Shown here: in pieces, positions 28,991 through 39,343 of the stretch
Layout: every line of letters begins with the position of its first letter
Numbering within the stretch: position 1 is the stretch's first letter
NCBI GenBank assembly: GCA_963711215.1
Contig: CAVQDH010000006.1
Location: forward strand, 80,879-144,878
Length of the DNA stretch: 64,000 bases
Direction of reading: 5' to 3'
Origin: an uncultured Alphaproteobacteria bacterium
Lineage (GTDB): Bacteria > Pseudomonadota > Alphaproteobacteria > UBA8366
The notes under the pieces: generated by a model
Databases searched by the model: none
Told to the model about the DNA's origin: nothing
What the model saw: only the letters and a program-made list of their open reading frames with translations
Translations under genes and position numbers: made by a program

Positions 28991-30217
28991 TCAGCCTCGT
29001 CCGGCTTCGGGCGTCTCGATATGCTCGGGCCGGACGCCGAGGCCGATCAGCCGGCCGGGAATATTGCGCAGCAGGGGAAAGGCGTCGAACAGCCGCATGA
29101 ACAGCGGCGGCTTCGGCTCGTCCGTTTCGCTCAGAACTTCGGAGATCACCCGGTTCTGGATCATCAGCTGCAGGCGCTGGGTGACACGGGTGGGCCATTT
29201 GCGGCGGCGCTCCACGAAGCCGAGGTCCTCCACGTCGACACGGCCCTCGGCCAGCGGCGCGGCCAGCAGGTTGGCCGCGGCGACGGCATCCTGGACTGCG
29301 AGGTTGATGCCGACGCCGCCGACCGGCGACATGGCATGCGCCGCATCGCCGATGCAGAGGAAGCCGGGCCGGCACCATTCCTCCAGCCGGTTCACCTGCA
29401 CCGTCAGCAGGCTGACCGCATCCCAGCCCGACAGCTTCTGCAGGCCGTCCGCCAGGGCCGGGGCATGGCGGGCGATACGGCGGCGGAATTCGTCGAAGCC
29501 CTGGCGCCGGATCCTTTCATGCGTACCCTTGGGGATGACATAGCCGCACTGCCAATAGTCGCCGCGGTCGATCGCGATGAGGATGAAGCCGGAGCCGAAC
29601 CGGCCGAGCGGCTGATCGGGCTGCGCCGGGCCGCGCTCGACCCGGAACCAGAGGACGTCCATCGGCGCGCCCAGATCCCGGACCTGCAGTCCCGATTGCG
29701 GGCGCAGCGTCGAGTGCCGTCCGTCCGCGGCGACCGTGAGCGCGGCCGTGATCTCGATCGCGCCTTCGGCGGTCTTGGCGCGCACGCCGGTGACGATGCC
29801 GTCGCTTTCGATGAGCTCGGTCGCCTCGCAGCCCATCATGAGCCGGAAGGACGGGTAGGCCGCCGCGTGGCGCGCGAGAAAATTGAGGAAATCCCATTGC
29901 GGCATGAAGGCGATGAAGCCGCATTCGGTCGGCAGGTACTCGAAATCGGCGATGGTCAGCGTGCGCGACCCGAACACCGCCTGGATGCTGCGGAGCTTCT
30001 GATGCGGCAAGGCCAGCAGGTCCGGCAGAAGCCCCAGCTCATGGATCAGCTCCAGGGTCGACGGATGGATCGTGTCGCCGCGGAAATCCCGCAGGAAATC
30101 ACGGTGTTTCTCCAGCACCAGCACATCGACCCCCGCCCGCGCCAGCAGGAAGCCCAGCATCATGCCGGCGGGCCCGCCGCCGGCGATGCAGCATGTCGTG
30201 GAAATCGTCTCGGCCAT
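28991..30217 (-). CDS. FAD-dependent monooxygenase (UbiH/aromatic-ring hydroxylase-like)
   Basis: CCIAGGGPAGMMLGFLLARAG dinucleotide-binding motif and GDAAHAMSPVGGVGIN motif. Only the 3' 1.2 kb of the 790-aa ORF is real. Confidence 0.85.
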   Translation of the reverse strand: MAETISTTCCIAGGGPAGMMLGFLLARAGVDVLVLEKHRDFLRDFRGDTIHPSTLELIHELGLLPDLLALPHQKLRSIQAVFGSRTLTIADFEYLPTECGFIAFMPQWDFLNFLARHAAAYPSFRLMMGCEATELIESDGIVTGVRAKTAEGAIEITAALTVAADGRHSTLRPQSGLQVRDLGAPMDVLWFRVERGPAQPDQPLGRFGSGFILIAIDRGDYWQCGYVIPKGTHERIRRQGFDEFRRRIARHAPALADGLQKLSGWDAVSLLTVQVNRLEEWCRPGFLCIGDAAHAMSPVGGVGINLAVQDAVAAANLLAAPLAEGRVDVEDLGFVERRRKWPTRVTQRLQLMIQNRVISEVLSETDEPKPPLFMRLFDAFPLLRNIPGRLIGLGVRPEHIETPEAGRG

Positions 30218-30400
30218 GTCCGCCGCGTGTGAACCGCTTTCCGGTTCCGCTGACGATGCCCGCTGGCCCCAACATGGGCAAGGGGCTTCTGCGGGGCGAT
30301 GCAGGAAGCGCGTGACAAGCGCGAGTTGACGACGGATCATCGGCTTAACGAAAATCGGAGCCGAACGGTTCCGGAGATCCATTCCAGGAGGACCCTGCCC

Positions 30401-31465
30401 ATGGCGAACAATGTCATTCGGATCGGCTTGATCGGTGCCGGCGGCAACACGCGGTCGCGGCACATACCCGGCTTCAGGAAGCAGGAAGGCGTCGAGCTGG
30501 TCGCCGTCGCCAATCGCACCCCGGAATTGGCCAAGAAGGTGGCGGATGAATTCGGCATCCCGAAGATCGCCGCCGACTGGACCGAGATCCTGGCCGACGA
30601 CGGCGTCGACGCGGTGTGCATCGGGACCTGGCCCTATATGCATGAGCAGCTCACGATCGCCGCGCTCCAGGCCGGCAAGCATGTCCTGTGCGAGGCGCGC
30701 ATGGCGATGAACGTCGCCCAGGCGCGCGCCATGCTCAAGGAATCGCGCCGGCATCCCGGCCTGACAGCCCAGATCGTTCCGGCGCCCCATACCCTTGCCT
30801 TCGACAAGACGATCATCGGCATGATCGGATCGGGCTATATCGGCAATCTGATCACGCTCGACGTGCGGGTCACGGTGAACAGCGATTTCCCCAAATGGGA
30901 GTCGCCCGTGCACTGGCGCCACGACAAGGTGCTGTCGGGCAACAACATCATGGGCATGGGGATCTGGTACGAGGCGATGATGCGCTGGGTCGGCCAGGCC
31001 TCGACCGTGCACGCCATCGGGCAATCGGTGGTCGCCCACCGCACGGACAAGTCCGGCGCGCGCGTGGCGATGACGATCCCGGACCATGTCGACATTCTCA
31101 GCCGGATGGAGCAAGGCGGGCAGATGCGCTTCAACTTTTCGACCGTTCTCGGCCTCGCCCCGGCCGCGGCGGAGGCCTATATCTTTGGTACGGACGGCAC
31201 GATCGCGCTGCGCCAGGACAAGGAAGGCAAGATGAGCCTGTGGTCGGGCAAGCGCGGCGACGGCGACCTGAAGGAAGTCGCGATCGACCCGGCGAAGCGC
31301 GGCGGCTGGCGCGTCGAAGAGGAGTTCGTCAACGCGATCCGCGGCCGCGAGCCGGTCACCCATACGGATTTCGCGACGGGCGCGAAATATATGGAATGGA
31401 CCGATGCCGTCACTTTGTCACTTCGCAGTGGTAATTCTGTAAAACTGCCGCTGATGGAGGGGTGA
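30401..31465 (+). CDS. Gfo/Idh/MocA family oxidoreductase
   Basis: IRIGLIGAGGNTRSRHIPGF Rossmann start and a CEARMA motif. ATG 30401 after AGGAGG. Confidence 0.85.
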   Translation: MANNVIRIGLIGAGGNTRSRHIPGFRKQEGVELVAVANRTPELAKKVADEFGIPKIAADWTEILADDGVDAVCIGTWPYMHEQLTIAALQAGKHVLCEARMAMNVAQARAMLKESRRHPGLTAQIVPAPHTLAFDKTIIGMIGSGYIGNLITLDVRVTVNSDFPKWESPVHWRHDKVLSGNNIMGMGIWYEAMMRWVGQASTVHAIGQSVVAHRTDKSGARVAMTIPDHVDILSRMEQGGQMRFNFSTVLGLAPAAAEAYIFGTDGTIALRQDKEGKMSLWSGKRGDGDLKEVAIDPAKRGGWRVEEEFVNAIRGREPVTHTDFATGAKYMEWTDAVTLSLRSGNSVKLPLMEG

Positions 31466-31546
31466 GGGACCGGTACCGGGAACGTTCGTAATTCGAGGGG
31501 CGTTCATGGCGAAACGCCCGCGTGGCATTAATTTCGGAGGATTCTG

Positions 31547-31825
31547 ATGAAAGCTCGACTATCGGTGACGGCGGCTCTGGTTGCCTTTGCCATGAGTTCA
31601 CCTGTCTTTGCCCAAAGCGGCAACGATACCGTGGTCCAATCGAAACTGGCCCAGTGCCAGACCATTGCGGACCCGGGCCTCAAGGCGCAATGCATGGAAC
31701 AGGCGCGCAGCATGATGCACTCCGGCCAGCAAATGCAGCCGATGCAGCAGATGCCGGGTCAGGGCCAGTACCGGCCTGGGGTTAACTCCAATCTGCCGCC
31801 GCAGGATCGCCGGATGAATAGGTAG
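31547..31825 (+). CDS. small secreted Met/Gln-rich protein
   Basis: Signal peptide ...AMSSPVFA-QS, two Cys, MMHSGQQMQPMQQMPGQGQ tract. GGAGG RBS. Confidence 0.5.
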   Translation: MKARLSVTAALVAFAMSSPVFAQSGNDTVVQSKLAQCQTIADPGLKAQCMEQARSMMHSGQQMQPMQQMPGQGQYRPGVNSNLPPQDRRMNR

Positions 31826-31867
31826 GGTTTTCCGGCGCGGCGTCGCGGCCGGCCGGCGGCCGATGCA

Positions 31868-33034
31868 CTAAAGGTCGACCCGCAGGCGCGCGATGGTCGC
31901 TTCGTCGAGCGTCACGCCCAGTCCGGGACCGTTCGGGATCGGCATTTCCCCGTCGACCGGAATGATCGGATTTTCGACGATGTCGGTCGCCAGCGCGCCG
32001 CTGACGCCGACGGCGAAGACGCCGGCCATTACCGGCGACGGCCATGCCGCGCAGAGATGCGCGACGGACGCGGTGGCTACGCTCGTGCTCGGGTGATTGC
32101 CGGGATTGATGCCGAGCCCGGCGGCCGCGCCGAGGTGCCAAAGCCGTTGCATGTAATGCAGGCCGCCGTTCTTCGCGACCTTGCTTTGGAACGAGCTTGC
32201 CGCGCGCTTGCGGATGATCTCCAGCAGGGAATGGTCGGTGGAGACGGATTCGTCCGCCATGACCGGCATGCGAATGGCGCGCGCCAGGGCCGCCATGCCG
32301 TCGATGTCCCAGATCGGCAGCGGCTGCTCGGCGGTCTCGATGTCAAAGGGCTCGAGCTTGATCAGCAGGTTGAGCGCGCTGTCGTAATCGAGGCAGGCGT
32401 TGGCGTCGACCCGGATGATGATCTTGTCGCCGAACTCGCGGCGCAGCGCTTCCGCGTTGCGGAGGTCGAGCGCCGGGTCGTTGCCGATCTTGAGCACGAG
32501 GTGCCTGAAGCCGCGCTCGACGAAGCCCTGCGCCGACTCGATCACCGACGCGGTCGTTCCCTTCATGGCGAGCACGGCTGCGACGCGCACCCGGTCCCGG
32601 CACTTGCCGCCCAGCAGCTGATAGACCGGGACGCCCAGAATCTTGCCCATCAGGTCGTACATCGCGTCGCCGATGGCCGCCTGGGCATAGAAGGTGTTGT
32701 ACATCGCGTCGTTCAGCTCGTGCAGAAGGGCGGCGACGTCGAAGGGCGAGCGGCCGATCACCCGCGGTGCGAAATGGTCGTCGATCGTGCGCACCAGGTT
32801 GGGCAGCGTCTCGGCGCTGCCCTGCCGGCGCCAGGCCTGCGTCTCGCCGATGCCGACCGCGCCAAGGTCGGTGTGCAGGCGGACGATCAGTGTTTCCACC
32901 GTCTCGCGCGCGGCGCCGCTGGCGATCTTGAACGGGGATCGGAACGGCGTGCTCAAGGGAAGGCACTCGACCCGCGTGATCTTCACCGGGTCGTGCACAT
33001 GCGCCGTCATCGCAACCGAGGGGGCCTGGTTCAT
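31868..33034 (-). CDS. enolase-superfamily enzyme (mandelate racemase/muconate lactonizing family)
   Basis: Capping domain followed by a barrel with the metal-ligand pattern (RVDANA..., ETAEQPL..., MADES). Confidence 0.85.
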   Translation of the reverse strand: MNQAPSVAMTAHVHDPVKITRVECLPLSTPFRSPFKIASGAARETVETLIVRLHTDLGAVGIGETQAWRRQGSAETLPNLVRTIDDHFAPRVIGRSPFDVAALLHELNDAMYNTFYAQAAIGDAMYDLMGKILGVPVYQLLGGKCRDRVRVAAVLAMKGTTASVIESAQGFVERGFRHLVLKIGNDPALDLRNAEALRREFGDKIIIRVDANACLDYDSALNLLIKLEPFDIETAEQPLPIWDIDGMAALARAIRMPVMADESVSTDHSLLEIIRKRAASSFQSKVAKNGGLHYMQRLWHLGAAAGLGINPGNHPSTSVATASVAHLCAAWPSPVMAGVFAVGVSGALATDIVENPIIPVDGEMPIPNGPGLGVTLDEATIARLRVDL

Positions 33035-33109
33035 GGGATGGTTCCTCCGCTACCGGCAAGCTTATGCCAAACTTCCGTTTCGTGAAAATCCGGCGCGGCG
33101 AGACGGGCC

Positions 33110-33749
33110 TCAGACCTTGCTCGGGAATCGCTTCCGAAGCTCGGCGACCTGCTCGGGCGTGAGCGGGCGCGTCTTCATATCCTGCAGCAGCAGGTAGAGC
33201 TTCGCCGTCTCCTCCAGCTCCTCGGTCGCGTAGACGGCATCCTCCAAAGAGGTGCCGGCGACGACCGGCCCGTGGTTGGCGAGCAGGACGGCGTGATGCT
33301 TGGATGCCATCTCGCGCACCGCCCTGGCGAGGTCGAGATCGCCCGGCGGGAAATAGCGGATCAGCGGCAGCGTGCCGACGCGCATCACGTAATAGGCGGT
33401 CAGCGGCGGCAGCACGTCGGCCGGATCGAGGCCGGCCATGCAGCTCACCGCGACGGAGTGGACCGAATGCAGATGCACGACCGCGCCGGCCTTCGGGCCG
33501 CTGCTCGTACATCGCGACGTGCAGGAAGGATTCCTTGGTCGGCGCGTCGCCGCCGACATGCTTGCCCGCGTCGTCGAGCTTCGAGATCCGCGCCGGGTCG
33601 AGGTTGCCGAGCGACGACCCGGTCGGCGTCATCAGCCAGCCGTCGTCGACCCGGACGCTGATATTGCCGCTCGAGCCGGCGGTCAGGCCCCGGTCGAAGA
33701 TCGATTTGCCGAACCGGGCGATCTGGTCGCGAACCGCTGCATCACTCAT
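33110..33749 (-). pseudogene. class II aldolase/adducin-family protein (OtnC-like), frameshifted as sequenced
   Basis: N-terminal part MSDAAVRDQIARFGK...SGNISVRV...FLHVAMYEQRP and C-terminal part KAGAVVHLHS...LLANHG are in different frames. Extra C in the run at 33495-33497. Confidence 0.8.
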
Positions 33750-35011
33750 TGGAGCATCCCAATCGCTTTGGAGAAGAAATCTTCGCTCCCGAAGTTGCCG
33801 GATTTCAGCGCCAGCGCCAAGCGCAGGCCGCCGATCGTCTCGGTCCACGGAACGCCGGGATCGATCTCCGGACCGATGCGGAGCCCCGTCACGCCGAGCG
33901 CGGAGACGACCGCCCCGGAGGTCTCGCCGCCGGCGACGACGAGGCGGCGCGCCCCGGCGTCGACCAGGCCCTTGGCGATTTCGCCCAGCGCCGTCTCCAT
34001 CATGGCGCCGGCGCGGTCGCGGCCGTAGCGCGCCTGGATTGCGGCGACTTCCTCGGGATCGGCGGAGCTGTAGATCAGGACCGGCGCGTCCTTCGGCTGC
34101 GCCGCCGCCCAGTCCAGGACCTCGCGCACGACCGGCGCGCCCTCGGCGATACGGTCGGCGTCCAGCTTGCGGTGCGGCCAGCGGCGGCTTGCGTGCGCGA
34201 CCTGCTGCCGGGTCGCCTGCGAGCAGCTTCCGGCCAGCACCGCGGCGCGGCCTTCCACCGCCGGCAGCGCGGGAACGGACGCCGCGCCCATCAATCCCTG
34301 GCGGCGGAAATTATCGGGCAGGCCGAGCGCCACGCCGGAGCCGCCCGTGATCAGGACATGGCCGGCCGCGGCCGTGCCGATGACTTCCAGGTCATAGTCC
34401 GTGATCGCGTCGGCCACGCCATAGGCGACGCCCTTGGCGCGCAGCGCGTCGATGGCGCACGCGACCGGCTCTTCGCCCGCGGCGACGACCGGCCAGGGGA
34501 TGAGCCCGACCGGGCGTCGCGTCTGCGCCGCCATCAGCCGGACCAGGCTGGCGTCGCGCATCGGCGTCAGGGGATGGTCCTTCATCGGCGAGTCCGACAG
34601 GAGCTGGTCGCCGACGAACAGATGCCCCTGGTAGATGGTCCGCTTGTTGGTGGGGAAGGCGGGGCAGATCAGCGCGAAATCGGTCTCCAGCGCGTCCATC
34701 AGCGCGTCGGCGACGGGCCCGATATTGCCCTCGGCCGTCGAATCGAAGGTCGAGCAGTACTTGAAGAAGAATTGCTGGGCGCCCCGACGCTGCAGCCAGG
34801 CCAGCGCTTCCAGCGACTGGCCGACCGCCTGGCCGGGCGGCGCGGTGCGTGACTTGAGCGCGACGATCACGGCTTCCGCGTCGCCGGTGTCCATGCCGGC
34901 GTCGGGCACGCCGATGGTCTGGAGCGTACGCATGCCGCGCGTCACCAGCATGTTCGCCAGGTCGGTGGCGCCGGTGAAGTCGTCGGCAATCGCCCCAAGC
35001 AGGATGCCCAT
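33746..35011 (-). CDS. four-carbon acid-sugar kinase (DUF1537, OtnK-like)
   Basis: MGILLGAIADDFTGATDLANML N-terminal signature of the DUF1537 kinase family. 421 aa. Its stop overlaps the aldolase start. Confidence 0.85.
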   Translation of the reverse strand: MGILLGAIADDFTGATDLANMLVTRGMRTLQTIGVPDAGMDTGDAEAVIVALKSRTAPPGQAVGQSLEALAWLQRRGAQQFFFKYCSTFDSTAEGNIGPVADALMDALETDFALICPAFPTNKRTIYQGHLFVGDQLLSDSPMKDHPLTPMRDASLVRLMAAQTRRPVGLIPWPVVAAGEEPVACAIDALRAKGVAYGVADAITDYDLEVIGTAAAGHVLITGGSGVALGLPDNFRRQGLMGAASVPALPAVEGRAAVLAGSCSQATRQQVAHASRRWPHRKLDADRIAEGAPVVREVLDWAAAQPKDAPVLIYSSADPEEVAAIQARYGRDRAGAMMETALGEIAKGLVDAGARRLVVAGGETSGAVVSALGVTGLRIGPEIDPGVPWTETIGGLRLALALKSGNFGSEDFFSKAIGMLQ

Positions 35012-35188
35012 CGCGCCGCCTTTCCGGTGAGGGTTGTGCGGGTAGACTCGCGCGGCGCGGCGGCGGCGTCAACGGGGCGGCGCGCGCCGGTCCTCCCTGA
35101 AACCCGCTCGCATCGGCGCCCCCGATATGCAATAGATAAAGACCATCCCATCCGTCGCCCATTCCGGCCCGGAAAGCACCATCACCCG

Positions 35189-36256
35189 ATGCCGACCCTG
35201 CGCACGCTCCTTCCCGATTGGCCGCGCTGCCGCCGCTTCGCGACGGCATTGGTCGTGGGTGCGATCGGCGGCGCGCTGTTCAAATTTCTCACGGCGCCAA
35301 TCCCGTGGATGCTGGGCTCCATGTGCTTCACCGTCGCGCTCGCCTTCCTGCGGGTGCCGTTCGCGGTGCCGAAGCTCCTGCGCACGGCAAGCCTGATGAT
35401 GGTCGGCCTCCTGCTCGGCAGCGCGTTCACGCCGGAGATCCTCGACCGCATCGGCGCCTGGGCCGGCGCGGTGGCGCTCAACATCGTCTACCTGATCTGC
35501 GTCGTGACGACGGGCACCGTCTATTTCCGCAAGGTCGCGAAGCTCGATCCGGCGAGCGCCTATTTTGCGGCGACGCCCGGCGGCCTGGTCCAGATGCCTT
35601 TCATGGCGGAGGCTTTCGGCGGCAGCGCGCGCGACGTGTCGGTGGCGCAGGCGTTGCGCATCGTCGTCGTCGTCCTGGCGATCCCGATGTACCTGCGGTT
35701 TACCGAAGGCGCGCTGTTCCTGGCGAATGCCAGGATGCCGCATGCCGCCGTGCCGTTCGGCCCGCTCGACGCGCTGATCCTGATCGCGACGGCGCTCGCG
35801 GGATACTGGCTGGCGCGGCTCTGCCGCCTTCCCGCGCCGCCGCTGATCGGCACGATGATCGTGAGCATCGCCGTGCACCTCGCCGGGCTGACCGCGGCCC
35901 GGCCGCCGGCGGCGCTGTTCAGCGCGGCGCAGGTCGTACTCGGCGGCGCGGTCGGCACCTATTTCATCGGCCTCCGGCTCATGACCTTGGGCCGCATGGC
36001 GGTGATCTCGCTGGTCTGGACGGCCGTGCTGCTGCTGATCGCCGGCGCCTTCGCCTGGCTCGGCGAGCAGCTCGTCGGACTGCCGTTCTACGTCCTGCTG
36101 GTGGCGCTGTCGCCCGGCGGCCAGGCGGAGATGGGGCTGGTCGCGCTCGCGCTCGGGATCGAAGCCGCGATGGTGGCGACGATGCATTTCTTCCGCAGCT
36201 CGGCCTCCTTCCTGCTCGCCCCGGTCATGTTCCGCCTGCTGCGGCGATGGATGTGA
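35189..36256 (+). CDS. AbrB-family (AmoA-like) integral membrane protein
   Basis: 355 aa, polytopic, duplicated-half architecture typical of PF05145-type putative transporters. ATG 35189. Confidence 0.65.
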   Translation: MPTLRTLLPDWPRCRRFATALVVGAIGGALFKFLTAPIPWMLGSMCFTVALAFLRVPFAVPKLLRTASLMMVGLLLGSAFTPEILDRIGAWAGAVALNIVYLICVVTTGTVYFRKVAKLDPASAYFAATPGGLVQMPFMAEAFGGSARDVSVAQALRIVVVVLAIPMYLRFTEGALFLANARMPHAAVPFGPLDALILIATALAGYWLARLCRLPAPPLIGTMIVSIAVHLAGLTAARPPAALFSAAQVVLGGAVGTYFIGLRLMTLGRMAVISLVWTAVLLLIAGAFAWLGEQLVGLPFYVLLVALSPGGQAEMGLVALALGIEAAMVATMHFFRSSASFLLAPVMFRLLRRWM

Positions 36257-36265
36257 CGTACGAAG

Positions 36266-36580
36266 TTACCCACCGCGACCATCTCCCTCCGGGTCGAGCG
36301 CGTCGGCGACCGCTTCCTTCTCGCGCTGCGGCAGCAGCTTCATCGCGAGGATGAAGGCCGATAGCGCGAAGCAGAGGCTATTCGTGACGATGATCGGCCA
36401 TTGGCCGAGCAGGATGCCGTAAGCGGTCCACGAGGCAAAGCCGGCGACCGTGATCACATACATCCAGCGGGAGATGTCGCGCGTCTCCCGTGTCCGGATC
36501 ACTTTCCAGGCCTGCGGCACGAAGCTGACGGAGGAGCACAGGGTGGCGAACCACCCGAAGACGGCGGCAGGTTCAATCAA
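36266..36580 (-). CDS. SemiSWEET (PQ-loop) family transporter
   Basis: Three-TM core FGWFATLCSSVSFVPQAWKVIRTRETRDIS with a PQ motif. No ATG available, so a TTG at 36580 is proposed as the start. Confidence 0.6.
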   Translation of the reverse strand: MIEPAAVFGWFATLCSSVSFVPQAWKVIRTRETRDISRWMYVITVAGFASWTAYGILLGQWPIIVTNSLCFALSAFILAMKLLPQREKEAVADALDPEGDGRGG

Positions 36581-36925
36581 GGAGCGGGCGGTTTCCGTGT
36601 TGTGGGCGAAAAGGCGCTGGAAATAAACCGCCGATCGAGCGATCGGTTCCGCGCTAATCCGCCTGCTGCGGCGGTGGATGTAGGGGTGGGCAAATTCGTG
36701 GGGCGCTCGTGCGGACGGGGCACGGAATTTACGGTTGAAAGATCTCCGATGAACCATCAATGCGAGTAAGTAAATTCAATAACTTTGCAATTGCGTGCAT
36801 TGCGTTTTGTTTTTCACGCGATCATAGTCATCTATGGAGTGTGACGATTGGGCGTCGTTTCAGCTACGCCGGCACTGGACGCGAGGCGTTTGGGCGATGT
36901 CGTTGTCGACGCCAGGACGTTTCAC

Positions 36926-37462
36926 ATGTCGGCTGCCTTTCGTGACGCCATCGCCGATGAAATTCTGACGGCGCTCTACGATTACTGGCGCTCGCGAAAA
37001 TCGGGTGAAAAGCTTCCTGGGCGCGCTGATATCGACCCTGTCGACATGCCGCGCGCGGCGCTTCCCCATGTTGTCCTGATGGAGGTAGCCGACGGCGGAA
37101 ACCGGATCCGCTACCGGCTCGTCGGCACCGCCATCGTCGATGAATGGGGCGCCGATGTCACCGGCAAATACCTCGACGAGGTCATGGACGGTACCTATCT
37201 GGAGTTCGTGCGCGGCCTGTACATCGATGTCATGGAGCACCGTTGCGCCGTGTTGTCGGAAAGCACGTTCCGATGGGACGTGGGCAAGACCGTTGGCGCG
37301 CGCCGGCTCTACATGCCGCTTGCTTCGGACGGGGTGTCGGTCGACATGGTCCTGATCGGCCAGACTTTCAGCCGTTCCGAGGAACGGCGGGACGTTCCGT
37401 GGAAGCTGATCGAGGCAATCGACACCCACATCGAGCTGGATCGCCTTCACGACATTCCTTGA
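36926..37462 (+). CDS. PAS-like domain protein (DUF1457-type)
   Basis: LYDYWRSRKSGEKLPGRADIDPVDMPRAALPHVVLMEV...RYRLVGT pattern, common in alphaproteobacteria. Confidence 0.6.
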   Translation: MSAAFRDAIADEILTALYDYWRSRKSGEKLPGRADIDPVDMPRAALPHVVLMEVADGGNRIRYRLVGTAIVDEWGADVTGKYLDEVMDGTYLEFVRGLYIDVMEHRCAVLSESTFRWDVGKTVGARRLYMPLASDGVSVDMVLIGQTFSRSEERRDVPWKLIEAIDTHIELDRLHDIP

Positions 37463-37491
37463 CCCGGAATGCCGTCGCCGATTCACTCGGC

Positions 37492-38124
37492 TCACTCCTC
37501 CTGTTTGGCGGCCAGCTCCGCGTCCATCGCCTTCACCCGTGCGACGGCGGGGCGGGCGTTGAAGCGCTCGATATAGGCTTTGATCGCCGGGCGTTCGGGG
37601 ATCAGGCCGAACATCGTCGTCCAGGACAGCCCGCTGCCCCAAAGCGCATCGGCGGCCGTGAAGCGCTCGCCCAGCATCCAGGGCCCTTTGGCGAGCTGCT
37701 CCGCAATGGCGTTCAGCATCGTGTCGAAATCGCCGTAGGGCAGCATCGATTGCGGCCCGGGCTCGTGCTTCATCGCGCGGTCGCAGACGGCGGGTTCGAA
37801 ACAGGCGGCGTAGAAGACCATCCAGCGGAGATAAGGCCCGCGCAGCGGGTCGCCCGGCGGCGGCGCCAGGCCGGCCTCGGGGAACAGGTCCGCGAGATAG
37901 AGAAAGATCGCCACTTGCTCCGTGATCAGCGCGTCGCCGTGTTTCACGGCGGGCACCTTGCCCATGGGATTGACCGCGAGGTAGGCAGGCTGCCGCTGCT
38001 CGCCCGCCTTGATGTTGAGCACCTCGAGCTCATAGGGAGCGCCGAGCTCTTCGAGCAAGGTCAGCACGATCGAGGACCGCGTGTTCGGCGCGTGATAAAG
38101 AACGATCTTGTCGCTGGGGCTCAA
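37492..38124 (-). CDS. glutathione S-transferase
   Basis: Thioredoxin-like N-domain (KIVLYHAPNTRS) and a helical C-domain. TTG start 7 nt after AGGAG. Confidence 0.8.
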   Translation of the reverse strand: MSPSDKIVLYHAPNTRSSIVLTLLEELGAPYELEVLNIKAGEQRQPAYLAVNPMGKVPAVKHGDALITEQVAIFLYLADLFPEAGLAPPPGDPLRGPYLRWMVFYAACFEPAVCDRAMKHEPGPQSMLPYGDFDTMLNAIAEQLAKGPWMLGERFTAADALWGSGLSWTTMFGLIPERPAIKAYIERFNARPAVARVKAMDAELAAKQEE

Positions 38125-38225
38125 GTCGTGTCTCCTGCTGGCATGTCGTTTGCTGTATTTCTCATAATGGCGCGTACTCTATACGCCGATTGTGGCAACC
38201 GCATGCCGTTCATGGGGTGAGGCGA

Positions 38226-39286
38226 ATGTCTTTCGACAACGAGGAAAGCGGCGCGTTCGACATCACCCCCTTGCCGGGGGCGTCGTTCGGGAAACGGGGG
38301 CGGCTCCGGTCCGGCGGCGGCGCGGCGGATGCGCAGGCTTTCGTGGCGGCGGCGGAGGCCGATCCCGAGGCGCTGCCGCGCGCCCTGTACGCGGGCGACG
38401 GCCTGCTGCTGCTCCCGGGCTTGCAGAACATCGCCGGCGACGCGGGCCTGCTGCTGCGGCTCAGCCGGCTGTTCGGCCCCGAGATCGAGGATTACACCGA
38501 GATGCTCACCCTGAAGAACCGGGTGCATGAGACGGTGCCCCAGATCCTCGTCCTCTCCAACCTGCCGCCCTATACCCGCCAGCCGCCGCCGCAGCCAAGC
38601 CCGCCGCGCCGGGCGGACGGCGGCCTGCCGACACAGTTCCCGCACCGCCGCGGCTGGCACACGGACCAGAGCTACCGCCGGCCGCCGCCGGATATCACGC
38701 TCTTCTTCGCCGTGCTGCCGACACCGAAAGGACAGGGACAGACCCTGTTCGCCAACGGTATTGCCGCCTATGCGGCTTTGCCCGACGCGCTGAAAAGGCG
38801 CGTGGACGGGCTGATCGGTATCCACGTCAAGGGCGGCACCGGCCGGTCGGAGCAGGCGGTGCGGGCCGGCGAAGCGCCGCAGCCACTGCTGCCGCACGAG
38901 CGGCCGCAGCGCCAGCCCGTGGTGCGCATCCATCCGGTGACCGGCAAGCGGTCGCTCTATCTCTGCGAGGGCGGGCAGATGGACTGGGCGGACGGGCCCT
39001 TCGTCGGGATGCAGCCCGGCCCGGACGGCGACGGCGCCAGGCCCTGCTGTACGAGATCATGACCCACCTGACGCAGCCGCGCTTCACCTATGCGCACGAG
39101 TGGGAGCAGGGCGACCTCGTCATCTGGGACAACCGAAACCTGGTGCACGCGGCGACTTGGTACGACGCCGCGGCGCAGAAGCGGCTGATGTGGCGGACCA
39201 CCGTGCGCGGCAATCCGGGCGCGGCCTATGCCGGCGAGCGAAAAAGCTGGATCCCGGCGGATGACGCGCCGGCGATGGCGGGCTGA
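38226..39286 (+). pseudogene. TauD/TfdA-family Fe(II)/2-oxoglutarate dioxygenase, frameshifted as sequenced
   Basis: HTDQSY iron motif in the main ORF. The C-terminal LLYEIMTHLTQPRFTYAHEWEQGDLVIWDNRNLVH is in the next frame. Junction near 39036-39041. Confidence 0.8.
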
Positions 39287-39293
39287 CGCGAAA

Positions 39294-39328
39294 AGAGGCC
39301 GCGGGGATGCCGCGGCCTCTTCCGTTTT
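39294..39328 (+). terminator. Rho-independent terminator after the TauD-like gene
   Basis: AGAGGCCGCGG-GGATG-CCGCGGCCTCT followed by TCCGTTTTGG. An A-run upstream could allow bidirectional use. Confidence 0.7.
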
Positions 39329-39343
39329 GGGTAGCCTTCGCGT

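Noticed and set aside
28991-31363. 790-aa ORF suggesting a giant protein.
   Set aside because: Only the 3' 1.2 kb (from ATG 30217) encodes the FAD monooxygenase. The upstream 1.1 kb is antisense to the Gfo/Idh/MocA gene and translates to low-complexity sequence.
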